Assembly (NCBI GenBank): GCA_000708835.1
Contig: DF237019.1
Span: 175,900-239,899, forward strand
DNA from: Klebsormidium nitens
Lineage: Eukaryota; Plantae; Klebsormidiophyceae
Length of the DNA stretch: 64,000 nucleotides
Direction of reading: 5' to 3'
Below are positions 49,497 to 62,896 of the stretch, in pieces (position 1 is the first letter of the stretch; each line of letters starts with the position of its first letter). The translations under genes were made by a program, and so were the position numbers. The notes below the pieces were generated by a model. The model made no database searches. It saw only the letters and a list, made by a program, of their open reading frames with translations, and was not told the origin of the DNA.

Positions 49497-51549
49497 CTAA
49501 ACAACCAAAACATGGAATAAAACTTGGTAGAATTTTACAACATCGTTGATGCTGGCAGCTCGCCCAATGTCTTGTGTGTGTCTCAATCAAGCGTTGACCT
49601 TTTTTGACCACGAGCCGTTGTGGACGAATGTTTGGACAGGGCCTTGCCTAGCGAACAAAAGCCCTTTGAGGTCAGGATGAATCTCCAATATGAATGCCAG
49701 AATTTTCGCCTTTTCCACTTCCAAGATTAAGCCTATCCTTCGCTTGCAATACGGATAGCTTCTGTAAGTCCTTTCCAACTATCTGATGGGAATCCAGGTT
49801 TCGTAACACCCGGAGAAAGTATCGCAAGTCAAGTGGTAGACAAAACGAAGCGCTTCTTTAGTGTACGATCAATACTAGCGTAGTGGAGGCTCGGATGCTC
49901 CATGAAGCATGACTGAACAACCCCCATCTGCAGATGACGCATCTGTCTTCCCCACCTTGATGATCTGGCTGCCTGTGTACGATTTTCAGCCTTATTACCC
50001 GATCACAAAATGCGTCATCCCTGCAACAACAAGCGATGAGTAGATTCAGAAACTAGAAACCCCCAGTCATCCAGTGAAGATAAAACGAACATGAACATCA
50101 CATCCATAGGGTAAGTTCGAATCCTGCAAGCAGGATGAAGACTCCCATGCAGAGCTTTGACTTCGCATGCCTACTCTGGATCATGTGAAATCTGCTTGGG
50201 GCTCGAAAGTCGAGCGTTCTGTAAGGATTTGCTGCTACCTTATTTTATCAACTATGAAGACGTTCTCTGTTTTGTCCAAAGGCCATTAGCCCCAACTGAC
50301 CTGTAGAATCCGGAGAAGTTGTAGAGTTGCCCGTCTTCATCAAACCCCTTCAGAAATGCCTGTGAGACGTCCCTGGGCCTGATTTGGTTTCGCTTGGTTT
50401 GTTCAAAAAGCTCCATGATACACACTGTAACAACAGCTTTCTGTAAGGATCTGCTGAGGCCAAAATATTGTCTCCTCTCCAAATGGCTTCAGAGATATCT
50501 TAGGTCATCTTGTGCTCATTTAAAACTAAGCAGCACGGCCCTCGCTATCCAGTGAGCTAGCTTTCCGATTCTATGTAAGGGCCCTGCCACGCTTTTGTTA
50601 AACGGGTGCACTTGCAGCAGGTGGAGCGGCCGCGCTCGTTCCGCGGCCGCGTGAAGCCAAAACCCGTGTCGACGCGGCGGACACTCAGGCTTGCGCTCCG
50701 CGGCCGCACGGCGCGTGAGTCTGCGGCTGGCTGGTACATACCACGTGCCATGGTACGGAAGCGCGTCATGCAGGTCTGCAGAAATGAGAGCCCTGGGGCA
50801 TTGTACTCCATGCACGCCCGTGGAGCGAGAGACGATGTACCTATGCCAAAGCCTTAATTGCCTTTCAGCGTGTGCACCTACAGGCTGAGTCTTCGTGCAC
50901 CTAATAATGCATGAATGATTGCCACATAACGCAAAATACATTATTCTGCAGGTTCGGATGTCTGGCCTGACCGTTGCCGCCGCATATGTATGCGGACGGT
51001 TACCTGAGTAAGGATTATATCGGACTGATCGATTTAGACGCGGTCTAGGTAAAGTGTGCACCATACCGTCGTTTCATGCCGCCAGCAGGCCTTACATGCT
51101 ATAGACGATTGCTAGTCGATCTTCAAGCCTTTCTAGTCGGACCTCAAAATTAATCTGTGCACGAACTCAGAGACATGATGGCAGCAGGCACCGACGGACA
51201 ATACAACTCCGGCAACCTCAGCTCGGCGGAGTTCAGTGTGGCAGACTCATGCAAACATGGAAATCGACAGCTCCGAGAGCCGCACGCTCAGACTCCGGGC
51301 AAGCGATTCGATCCCTAAAAGTGACCGAAGCTGGGGCATGTGCAGTATAACATTTACCCTACGCACTCATGCTACCAACAAACGTGACTAGCACCCAGGG
51401 CCAACAAAGATACCCTTGCGCTGGCAACTTTGGTTGTATTCGCCATTGAGGATTTGCAAGTTGCAGACACAGTCCTTCCTGACCAGCAATCTCAATCGCG
51501 TATAACTGCTAGCACCGGATTGCAGAGGTGGAACGCTTTCCCAGTAATC

Positions 51550-53600
51550 TATCAGCAAGCAGTTGTCCTAGATCGCCTATGAAATCGACGTGCCACAACC
51601 TTGATCGCGACTGCCCCTGTTCCCCCTGTAAAGTCACATTCTGGATTCTTCGCTCCGTCGTGGGATAATGCCAGGGCACTGGGAATGCTGTACGTGTCCA
51701 TCCCGTTGACGTTAAACGTCTGCCTGTCCTTACCAAAGAGTTTTCAGTACCAGTTTGGCCAGGTCTTCACGTAGAAGCTGAACTCAACGTCCATTGACCC
51801 TGTTTCAGTGCTCGGGAGGTGTCCGCTCGACTTCTCGCAACTCAAGGAGCGAGTGACACCATGATGCTGTTCTTCAGTATCGATCGAGGGTTCGGCTCGG
51901 AGATACCACGCGGCCCCAAGCCAGTCAACCGAGCTCGACACATCGTCAACATCGTCCAAACCCCCGGGACTCCTTTCACCTCGCGTTTCTTTTCGTCCGA
52001 GTACGCTATAAACCGGAACGCCCGTTCGATCATCTGAACCGCCTCCGCCGAATCCAGCTCTCCATACGTAAGCAGCTCCTCTAGAAACTCCCCTCTCATG
52101 CAGTTGAATCTCACGGACGGCAGCAACCGCGTCATCACGGCTTTCCGCTCTTCCATCCCGCTATACCGCTCCCTGATCCACCCCAGCAGTTGCACAAAAA
52201 CATCCTCTTCGCTGTCCGCTTCGAGCTCCTCCGACTGCATCGAAATCTCGACCGCCCCTTGTCCCAGGCCGAAAAACTCGGGCGACGCCCACGTGGCGCT
52301 GACGTCACGGAACGCCCGGACGACGTGGGCGCGCGCCTCGTCCGCGAGCCGTTTCGCCTTCGGACGCCGCTCGACAGCGCGCGCACGAGCGCGACGCTGT
52401 CCTGAACGGTCCGAGAAGCGCGCCGCTCTGGTTCGCACAAGCAGTCTATGACGGCACCCATGAAGGAAGGGACTTCGAACTTGTCGGCCAACACGAGCAG
52501 AGCCACGTGATCGCGCATGTCGGCGGATGGGTCGTGGAAGCGTGGGGAGAGGCTGCCGGCGTAGATGAAGTGGAACATCTCTTCAAACGCTTCTTTCTCT
52601 GCAGAAGGGAGAGAATGCATAAAGCGGGGCAGACTTCGAACCCTGGAAGCTTTGTCGAGATGGATAAAACAGGACGTGAAGATTCGCTTTGGTAGAAGAT
52701 CGAAGATCGAACCTTGCAGCTGCTTCAGAAGACTGCCGCTCTGAATCCAAGCACGGACCGGTCAACGGACAGAAAGTCTCCCGAAAGGGGACTGAAATTG
52801 GGTCTATCCAATCGCAGACCTAAACAGCGCCAAGAGCGTATACCCATGTTCCAGAAGCCTATGAGTTAGCGCTTCAGTTGATAATTAGGGACGCTCGCCA
52901 AGATGCAAGCGTCAAAGAATAGAAGATAGGAGACAGTTAAGCTTAAAAGGCCGCAACTGGTGCCAACAAACGGTGTGAGAAAGGCACATCTAAACAAATG
53001 TACTCAGTACACGACTGGTTTTAGAACGCAAGGCTTGCATTGGTGTAATCACAGTCACCTTTTCGTTCGACGCGAGAGCAGCGGCCACGCTTGGAGCGCA
53101 CTATTAACAAAGCGGCCGTCGTTCAAGCCCTCAACCAAAGGTCTGAAGGTCGAAGCCGAGCTCGCGTGCCAGACGAGACGAAACGTGCAGAGGCGCTCGA
53201 GACGAAAGTGTACAGAGGAGCTCAAAACATTCGTGACGATCTGTTTTGTCGCTGTGATAGAGAAGTTACTATTTGTTCGCACCTTCCCGGGACACTTTGA
53301 TGATCAGCGGCGCACCCTTTTCCGATTCCCTCATTCCGCTGGACAGCATCGTACGAAGCACCTGGCTCTTGGCGGCGACCACAATCGAACTGATTGGAAT
53401 CTCCTCCACCTCCCGAGATGACTTCGCACTAGTTGCTGCCGTATCTGAGGACGGCGCGTCTTTGCTTGGCGGCTCTGAACTCGTCCCTGAGGCTTCAGGT
53501 TCTGCGAGCAGAAAAAGCTGATGATCAAGGATCCTTCTGTTCTTCTCCGATTTCACGTTTCGTGTAACTTTGACGGCAATATTCTATGGGGGCCCGCCTT
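51550..53600 (-). pseudogene. BTB/POZ-BACK gene copy 3 with two frameshifts and a premature stop
   Basis: Exon 1 ends at 53283 (IPISSIVVAAKSQVLRTMLSSGMRES) and exon 2 starts at 52598 (EEMFHFIY...LADKFEVPSF). Frame breaks near 52370 and 51960, TGA at 51744. Confidence 0.75.
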
Positions 53601-55647
53601 TCGAACGATTCGCAAGTGCATCGTGAGAGCCGTTTGAAAGGACACATAAAGCAAGGGGCGAAGTGCTCCAGTCTCCCTAAAGTGGACTTTGAAAGGACTA
53701 CTGTAGATTGTTATTTTAGAGCTACAAGAATCCTGAAGGGTCTTTTCTGCTTGTTTTCTCAGAAAGCTTAACTGATAAAAAGTTCAAGGTGGACCGTTCT
53801 GCAAGAGCACTAGACTTCTTCAAAATCTGAACGGTCGGTTTCAGCGACAGAAATCAATGATGAGATTACTCTTGGCCGTCATGAAGTTGGAATCGCACAC
53901 ATGACGCATTTTTAAGGACGTCAGAGCAAGCGAGACACGTGTATGCAGGACCTCAGCGGTCAAAACGTCTGACCCAAGGACTAACCCAGGGTTAATCCAG
54001 GTCTTCAACACCATGTCACGAGAATTAGCGTGCTCGTAACTGAGTCTACAGGAGAAAATATTTAAATGTTCTCCACAATTGTCCAGATCTGCTTCTTAAA
54101 CCTCACCTGGTCCGATTTCCTCCAGAACCTCCAGTCGGATGGTTCGATCAGAATATTCAACTTTCCTGCAAAGCAAGGTTTCGTGGACTGCTTTGATCTT
54201 CGTTCTCTGGTGGTGTCTGCCGAGGCAATCAGTAGTCCTTTGAATATCATTGGTTCCACAACAGAAAGGTTTCATTGACTGGCATACATGTGAATTGAAA
54301 CCGCCATGCAGCAATCCAACTGACAGGTCAACGTTTTGCACCAAGGGAAAACATCATGGTGACAACCTCTTTGAACAGCGGACTCAAACAGTTCAGGGGG
54401 AACTGCCTGCAGATATTGTTTGTAATAATATTGCCCTCTGGTTTGAACAAACTTCTAAGATAGGCTGCTCAGTTTCTAGCTGTAAATCCTAGTGGCTCAC
54501 AAGTTAAACCCGTTCATTTCCTGGCTGTGGTTCCCAGTGAATCAAGAGTTGAGACTGTCTGTACTTGTCTATCCAAACAATATCTGGGTTAGCTTTGCGC
54601 CACTTTGGAGCCAGACTTTCCTCCTGATGCTGCAACAAACAGCTGTCATAGCTCTTGCAAGCTTTCAGCACCCCCCAGCTTGTTCAAGTTGCTAGTGGAA
54701 CTTTCAGAATAGCATTCAAGGTCTGAGTTCTAGAAGCCTGAAAGCTCGAAATTGTTCCATGCTTTGCTCGCAAAGATTCGTATGAACCAGACAGTCCGTC
54801 AGGAGAAGGATGAAGCAAAGTGAACAAACAAAAACCACCAAGTGAAGTACAAAGACAAGAGGAGCAGTTCACCTGTAAAATGCACTGAAGTCAAAGTAGC
54901 GGCCCTCCTCATCCAGGTCACTCTCTGGGGGATCCCCTTCACCATCCATCATTGCGCTGGTCTCCATCAACGCTTTGCAGCAGCTGAACAATCAGGAAAG
55001 TTTGCTCCTGAATACAGTGAACAAACGAAGCTTTGCCGCCAGGGGATGCGCACGGATCACTGGGGATATGCAAGTGGTGGCTTTTTAAAGTATCCACCAC
55101 TAGTCAGGCTGCTCAACGGTGGCTAGTAAGAATTCTGCTGAAACTTGAGCTCAGAATATGGAAGCAAGACCAATGCTGGATCAGTTGACAGCGTTGCACA
55201 TGTGAAAGTCTGTTGGCTGGAACAGTTGAGCAGGGATAGCTTGCAAGGGCGCCAAGGAGGACATCTTTTGGAGTCTGTCAAGCTTTTCAGGCTCTTGCGC
55301 TCCTTGCAAGCAGTCCCTAGCCAACCTTCGTTGTTCAGCTTGCTCGTGAATGCAGAGTGTTGATGCTGGTGCCACCATTTCAATTTTCACGTCTTGAACT
55401 GCAAGCAAGGAAATCAGGGTTTCCTGTACTTAACCTTCTCGCTGACCAGAGTCAAAGCTTCAAGAATCCGTACCCGATTGGCGTGCGCACAAAAGCCTCT
55501 TTCTAGATTAGGCGTTCGACTTATTTCTGGTTAGACAACAGTGATTAGCCTCAGCTTTAGAAGTGGAAACTGTGCAGCATTTGGCCCTGGCCTGGAAAGA
55601 GAGAAGTTGGTGAGCTCGCCAGCGGCCATGGATCGCTCTCGTTGACT

Positions 55648-58600
55648 ATGGCCAGCCTGCTGACAGTCCTTGAAAGGAGTCTCTCTCCTGTCCTCTTCTC
55701 TCAGCGTCGTCTGTTAAGCAATATCGGTCCAATGGTAGCTCCCACACTGGTGCAATGTGGAGCGCCACGGTGGTGCAATGTGGGTGGCGCTGCACTAATT
55801 AGTGGTGGATCGCATAGCGCTTCCTTTGCACTTTCTTCACCCGTTTGGGCACTTCCCATCAACCTTTTATCCAGATTAAAATTTTCAACTGTTCAAAGCC
55901 TCCGTCATCGTTGTAGTGCTGTCCGGCCTTTGCTGCGGCTAGGCGGCAGTCCGACGCGCCTCCCTTCTCTACTGCGGAGCTTCAACGATGATGCTTATAG
56001 TTCAGCAACCTACAGGAGAGCATTGTCTCATGTCACTGCCAGTCAAGTTACTCTCCCCTTGGAGTCACTAAATACCCCTCCCCCCAAGCCTTCTACTTCA
56101 TACCACCCCAAAAGCCCCCCAGAAAACGCCAGAGTCCCCGCTAGGACTGCGCGCCGCCGCGCACGGAAGAAGGAAGCAGCTCAGAACCCGCAGATCACCG
56201 AAGCTGACAACCAGCTCACTGATCCAGTAGAGTGGGTAGGGCTCGTCGACTGGCGGGCAAAGGAGGTTGATGAGAGCAGGGGGCTGGGGAAGAAAGGGCC
56301 GGAAGCTGGGGTGCAATCGAAAGTGGACAAGGGCGAAAAGCACGAGTTTGTGTTGGCAGATTCGCTGGCGGAGTGCGGACGGCAGGTGGGTCTTGCATCA
56401 GCTCGTTCTGTTGCCATTGAAATGTTTGGGGAATAGTGAGAAGAAACGGATGGAAGAAGCCAATCCACTTGCTGACTGGACCTGGGGGCTTCACAATCTC
56501 TGCACCTTTGATGTGCAGATCAAATTTGGCAGGTTACGCTGGAGGGGGCTCGAGGTGGTTGCTTGGACCCATTACAAGAAAGCATTGGCTGGCCGGCATA
56601 AACGCTTATCTCATCAGCATTTGCCAGTTGACTTCATTCTCCTTCTGCTTATCATCCCGTTTCTGAGAATCTTCTGCAGTCTGCGACATGACATGTCTGC
56701 GCCAGAAACAGGGATACCTTCAAGCCGTTCATCGTACGAGGTTGCAGGGAGACTTGCCTTGCTGACCCAGAACTGTTGGTGCGGATACAATCGATCAGAT
56801 TGATCAGCCTCTTGCCTTCAGGAGCACGTTGAATCTGCACTGAAGATCTAGAAAGGCGCTGACAACCTCCCAAGTAGGATCCGACGACTTTGTCAGGAAG
56901 AAAGGTATCGACAGACATTTGGACTTAACCCAGTTCATATAAGCTTCTTTGCAATCTCTGAACAGGTTCTGCAGACGCGAGACCCTGCGCTCAAGTCCTC
57001 GATAACGCACGCTGCATACTGCGCTTACAAGGCTGGGAAGTTGCCGATCGGGGAGGCGATTGCGCCTGCCACTCCTGCACGGCCAGATAAGCCAGCTTTG
57101 GTGAGCCATGTATCAGAGATTTTTCTAAAGATGATTGTTCCGTTTACTTTCGACTGTTCCAAAAGTAGTGCCCTCCCAATTCTTCGTCGGCCTGTTCCAG
57201 AGGTTTCTCTCATGACGATAGTTCCGGAAGCCTTCGCTTTCTCCAACCAAAGTGCCCTCCAGATTCTTCGGCCCTGTTCAAGGTTGAGCCCCCTCTTCGC
57301 AGGGCCTTCTGCCTCCTGGCAAAACCCCCCAACGTGCCCTTGAGGAATACTCAACTTCAACTTTCAGAAAGTTGCCACTTCGTTCTCCCCACCTCGCTCC
57401 CCTGCCCTTGAATGCTTACATGCTTCGGAATAATCATTTTGAAGGTTAAGGTTCCGCTTTCCATCATGTATTTTCGCCAGGCAACCGACCCAAAGCGCGC
57501 CTGTCTCTTTCTCTGTGTTCAGCGTTTCCAAAAAGTGTGGCCTCCCCCCCAATCCTTCCCCGAATTCTGCAACGTCCACCCCGGCGAGGACCCCCCCACC
57601 CATCCCCTCAAAGCGCACCCCCTTCCCCTTCACGTCTACATGCTGCACTCATCCCCCTTGAAAGCTGACCTCCGCTCTTTTCAGGTTCCCCCTCGCAATG
57701 TCCCCCTCCCCAAAGCGAGCCCTCTTTCCTTCTGAACGTATTATTTGGATGGCAGATCAACCTCTGGAGCGCATNNNNNNNNNNNNNNNNNNNNNNNNNN
57801 NNNNNNNNNNNNNNNNNNNNNNNNNNNNNNNNNNNNNNNNNNNNNNNNNNNNNNNNNNNNNNNNNNNNNNNNNNNNNNNNNNNNNNNNNNNNNNNNNNNN
57901 NNNNNNNNNNNNNNNNNNNNNNNNNNNNNNNNNNNNNNNNNNNNNNNNNNNNNNNNNNNNNNNNNNNNNNNNNNNNNNNNNNNNNNNNNNNNNNNNNNNN
58001 NNNNNNNNNNNNNNNNNNNNNNNNNNNNNNNNNNNNNNNNNNNNNNNNNNNNNNNNNNNNNNNNNNNNNNNNNNNNNNNNNNNNNNNNNNNNNNNNNNNN
58101 NNNNNNNNNNNNNNNNNNNNNNNNNNNNNNNNNNNNNNNNNNNNNNNNNNNNNNNNNNNNNNNNNNNNNNNNNNNNNNNNNNNNNNNNNNNNNNNNNNNN
58201 NNNNNNNNNNNNNNNNNNNNNNNNNNNNNNNNNNNNNNNNNNNNNNNNNNNNNNNNNNNNNNNNNNNNNNNNNNNNNNNNNNNNNNNNNNNNNNNNNNNN
58301 NNNNNNNNNNNNNNNNNNNNNNNNNNNNNNNNNNNNNNNNNNNNNNNNNNNNNNNNNNNNNNNNNNNNNNNNNNNNNNNNNNNNNNNNNNNNNNNNNNNN
58401 TGGATGGCAGATCAACCTCTGGAGCGCATGATCTGAGGCGCAGATTGACCTCTTAATGCGCACCCTCCCCCCATTCCAACATCCAAGTTTGCGATTCATT
58501 AGGTTCCCTAGGGCGAGATTGCCCCTCCGAAGCGCGCCCGCCTCCATCTCGACGCGTACATACTGCATCCTTCTGCTTCGTTAGGTTAAATGCTGACCCC

Positions 58601-61600
58601 TGCGCTCCCTTATCACTTCCGCCCGGCCCAAACTACAGCTTGCGCTGCTTTTCCCATGTAAAAAGCTCTCCAGAAACTGGGGCCTTTTCTTGATTCTTTC
58701 TCGCCTCTTTTCAGGACGTGAGCCTCCCCCCCCGGAGCGCGCCCCCTCCCCCTGAAAGGCATACATGCTGCACAACCTCCCTTCAAAATCTGACATCCGT
58801 TCTTCTCAGGTCGCCTCTCGCGAGGTCCCCCTCCCCGGAAGCACGCCCCCCCCCCCAAACACATTCTCCAGATCGCAGATAAAGATCTCTAGTCAACGCT
58901 CAAACATTCACCCCTGCTATTCACAGGTGCCCCCCGCGACGGTCCCCCCCCCAAGCCCGCCCCCCTCCCCCTGAACACAGATATCCTGCACGACCCCCCT
59001 TACAAGAACTTACCTCCGCTNNNNNNNNNNNNNNNNNNNNAACACAACGACTATCCTACGCACGACCCCCCTTACCAACGAACTTACCTCCGCTCTCCTC
59101 AGGTCCCGCCCCGCCGACGGTCCCCCCCCCCAACGCGCGCCCCCCTCCCCCTCAACGCGTACATGCTGCACAATCTGGCTCACATCGAGCTCAACGCCAT
59201 CGATCTCGCCTGGGACACCCTCGTGCGCTTCTCCCCCCTGCGCGCGCAACTAGGGGAGGCGTTTTTTGCGGACTTTGCCCACGTGGCGGACGACGAGAGC
59301 CGCCACCTGGGCTGGGTGCTGCAGCGGCTGGCGGAGCTGGGGCACGCATACGGCGACATGCCAGCCCATGATCTGCTCTGGAGGGACGCCCTGGTGAGCC
59401 CTGGGGAGGGACAGAGTTCTCCTTTTTTTCTTCCCAGTCTTGATTGGGCCTAGGATCGGTGGTACAGAGTCCTGAGGGCGGCTGCTGAGATTTGTCGCCA
59501 TTCATTTGCCTGAAGATCCGCGTCTGCCGCTGTTCGATCAGTCACTGCAAACGGACTTGCTACGCGCATTGATTGTTCTGAATCGATACGAGGACGTTGT
59601 ATGGTCCATCAAGGACTCCTTCAAAAGAACTTTTATCTGAAAGTATTTCACGATGAGTGCTGTGACGCAAAAGAGGATTGGGCAATCGGGAGGATGTCTC
59701 TTCGCGATGTCAGTCGATCTTGCTTCTTTTTGATGTAACTATTGGCTGTCGGTAGCCTTAGCAACGCGAGAGGACACGTGACTGAGCGGTCGCATCTGTT
59801 CCCTTTGAACGTCCTCCTCAATACCGTGGAGACCACTTCAGGGTTGTAAGCTGAGACGACGAAATCAAACAATCAAGTCAAAGCGAAAGGCTCGCCAGTC
59901 GGGGGAGAACCAGTTCTCACGTCCCCAACTGTCTTTACCAGAAAACGTCTGGTGACGTCACGGCCCGCCTGGCGGTGGTCCCGATGGTGCAAGAAGCGCG
60001 GGGCCTCGACGCGGGGCCGCGACTGGTGGACCGGCTAAAGGAGATGGGCGACGCCAGGTCAGCGGCCACGTGGCACCATGAAACTGCTGTACGTGTCTGG
60101 AGTTTGTGCAGTCTGGCCGCTGATCAAGGCCCCTCGAAGATAGTTGCTTCTGCTTCCTTTTAACGACCAAATTGGTGCTCTGTGCTTGTCCAAGATTGAT
60201 ATCAGGAATTGCTTAGCGCACGACGACCGACGGCAGTTGTGGAATCTGTAGCTCTTTCTTTATCACTCGTCGTACGCTACAAACGCGTGCCGCCAGAGCA
60301 ATTTGGTAGTGATGCGGCTTTGGAGCGGGTCTTTCCAGTCTTGCGTCACCAATCTGAGAAGATGAAACCAAGGTCGATGTTCTGACTTCGCAAGGATGTC
60401 TTGATGGGCTTTTCTTATCTTGGCCATCGTCTACGCAACAGCCAAGAACGGAGGTCAACATTGTAATCAGGTACCAACCGCCTTTTTGTAACCGGGAGTT
60501 GCCTTACGTGGCAGGTCCGCGCTCATCGTCGATAAGATTGCGGAAGAGGAGCTTGCCCACGTGGCAGTCGGCGTCACGTGGTTCCTGCACGTCTGTCGGC
60601 GGTCGGGAGTGGACCCCGGGGAGAGCTTCCAAGGTTAGCCCACTAAAGCTTGACTACTGCCGTTTGAATCTTAAATTTAATTGCTTCAGTGAAAAAGATA
60701 CGTTACTTGGCTTCTATCCATACAGCCAGAACCAAGAGTTGGCAGCGCAGCGCGTGAGCCGTTTCAAACACGAGGGCAGGCAGGAACGTCGGCTCTCGTT
60801 CCTTCCTGCAATCAGGCGAGTAATCATTCGTAACGTCGGTAGCTGACCGTCTTGTCAACCGGGGGTGCTATCACCCTCTTAAACGAGGAGCCCTTGCCAA
60901 GAATCGCATTCTAGAATTTCACACAATCTGGGCATCAATACAGAGAGCTCATCAAACCCTTCGGAAGCATACAGAACTGAGTGCCAGAGGCCCTCGGCAA
61001 GAAAGGTACCAGCCAATATCCATTGCAATTGAATCGTTCTCTCCTTAACTCTTCTCGGTAATTCGCCAAAATCTCCTTCCTCGTCCTTTGTACCGTCGAA
61101 ATTACTGCTGCCCGTCACTTCAAAGCACAGATCGTGATACATGGAGCCTTTTGCTTTTGGTAAATGATTTCTGATTTTCGTCGTTCTAACTCCAGTCTGA
61201 CATGGTCTGACCGTTCCTTGTCCCCTGCACTCTTTGAATCCGATGAGGACCTTCGCGTGCTATCTCACAGATCATTCGCCGTGAAGGTCTTTTCCCCTGC
61301 ATACGTTTTAGTTTAGAACCTCCAATTTAAATCTTGTGTACTGTTTGAATCTTTGCTGACCGTCGCTTGCCCCATTATCTACCAGTGTGGAGGCCGCTTT
61401 CCTCGGTACACCGTCTGACTCTTTAATTTTGGTGCAGGTTTGATACAACAGTACTGCCAGGACACCCTGAAGGGCCCGTTCAACCACGCCGCGCGCGCCG
61501 TGGCGGGGGTCCCACGCCACTGGTACGACACGTCGGCGCCACCCCCCCAAAACGGAAAGCACTCCTCAGCGCTCGAGTCCAAGGCCAAACTGGAGGCGAA

Positions 61601-62896
61601 ACGACGGGGTGCGAAGCTTTTCGGGGAGGAGGGAATGGTTGGGTTGGAGAGGGGGTCGGAAATGGGGGAGCAGAGCGAGAGAAGCAATGTCGAAAGTAGT
61701 GGGGTTTTAAACGAGGTATGCGGTCCAAATGAGTTTGATCTGAGGGAAGTACTCGTCGAAGGGGAGAAATCAGAAACTAGGTCGGGGACGAGCGGACGAG
61801 GAATGGCAGATGGGGCTGGACAATCGAAGCCGGAGGCGGACAAAAAATTTCGAAGAGAAGAACGGAAAGGGTCAGTAGGAGTGAGGGAAGCTGAAGTTGC
61901 TGAATCCAAGGCCTGGGCGATCAGAAGCGATTTGCATTTGGCAGAAACGGAAAGCCTCGCGTCGGGAAGCGAGGACGTGCGCGCTTCAGAGCAGGAGTGG
62001 CAACGGAGTGAAAGCTTGATAGAAACGGAACCAGAAGCAGGACCATTTTTGGAAATCGGCGAGTCAACAGTTGTGGAAAAACAAATAGGGATACATATGA
62101 CGCACTTGTCTAGAATCCAACCGTTGGGTGACGGCCAGGAAAATTCCCGTCGCTCTAGTCGCTTTGAAGAGGACTTCAGAAAATCAGCCCAGCAAGAATT
62201 CAGTCCAACAAGAAAAACGGACACTCCGGGCGACTTCAGGAGCGGCGAAAACAGAGGGGGCGAAGCTGCATCTGATGCAAAAGGGGTTCCGGTTGAGGAC
62301 ATCGAGGCCCTCTCTCAGGTGCGCAGAGACGGAGGGTTAGAAATACTCGACAAGATTCCTGTGCTGATTCAATCCGGTTTGATTCGCCTTGGATTCGCGT
62401 TTGTGTGGTGGTGACGTTTTGTTTGGGTTGCTGAATTATCAACGAGATCGCAATACTTGTTGTTTTGGGAAGATTTGCTGGACATTTGAAGACAATGTCT
62501 GGAAAATCGGAGAGTTCTTCTTTTGTTGCGTTCCTCCTTCTCAAGGATTAGACGAAAGGCTTCCAGGGGTGCTTGAATGCCGCTTGCGGCCTTACGTCGT
62601 TTCGCGTGAAACCTGACTGCCGATTTCCTTTCCGTTGTCTAGAGTACTCTGCTGTGGCAAACCTTTGCCTAAGATATGCTAACGAGACACACGAATCACA
62701 ATCATACCCTAGAAAGTGGTGACAGCGTACCCGTGTGTCCTTTTTGCTGGTATGATGGAGTGCCTTGTAAGGCTCGATTCCGCAGCTAACTTGGTTAAAC
62801 GCATCCTGATCGCTTCTGGCTAACCCTTGTCCTTTGCAGGTACGAGAACGTCTTGCGTTGTTGGTTGCCATGGAGCAAGAGCGAGCATCTGCTTGA
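55648..62896 (+). CDS. DUF455 ferritin-like (di-iron carboxylate) protein with transit peptide; 7 exons
   Basis: Exons 55648-56385, 56966-57100, 59103-59393, 59942-60057, 60515-60633, 61438-62318, 62840-62896 join in frame. Motifs: LHNLAHIELNAIDLAWD, DDESRH, QEARGLDAGP, EEELAHV, KGPFNHAAR. Confidence 0.9.
57380..59102 (+). repeat. Array of about 7 degenerate echoes of the acceptor plus start of DUF455 exon 3
   Basis: Variants of AG|GT(C/T)CC...ccccc...aa.cgcgcccccctccccct.aa.gc.tacatgctgcac at about 57390, 57580, 57682, 58500, 58712, 58807 and 58925. Confidence 0.8.
57775..58400. other. Assembly gap (626 N); second gap at 59021-59040
   Basis: N runs. Both gaps are flanked by duplicated sequence (tggatggcagatcaacctctggagcgcat on both sides of the first). 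Confidence 1.

Noticed and set aside
54000-55410. Short ORFs upstream of DUF455
   Set aside because: No coherent exon chain or homology recognised.
57746-58429. Exact 29-bp duplication flanking the N gap
   Set aside because: Typical unmerged contig overlap, not counted as a biological repeat or target-site duplication.
57698-58568. ORFs of 228-275 aa in the supplied track
   Set aside because: Artefacts of reading through the N gap.
61379-62302. 307-aa Ser/Pro-rich minus-strand ORF
   Set aside because: Antisense shadow of DUF455 exon 6.
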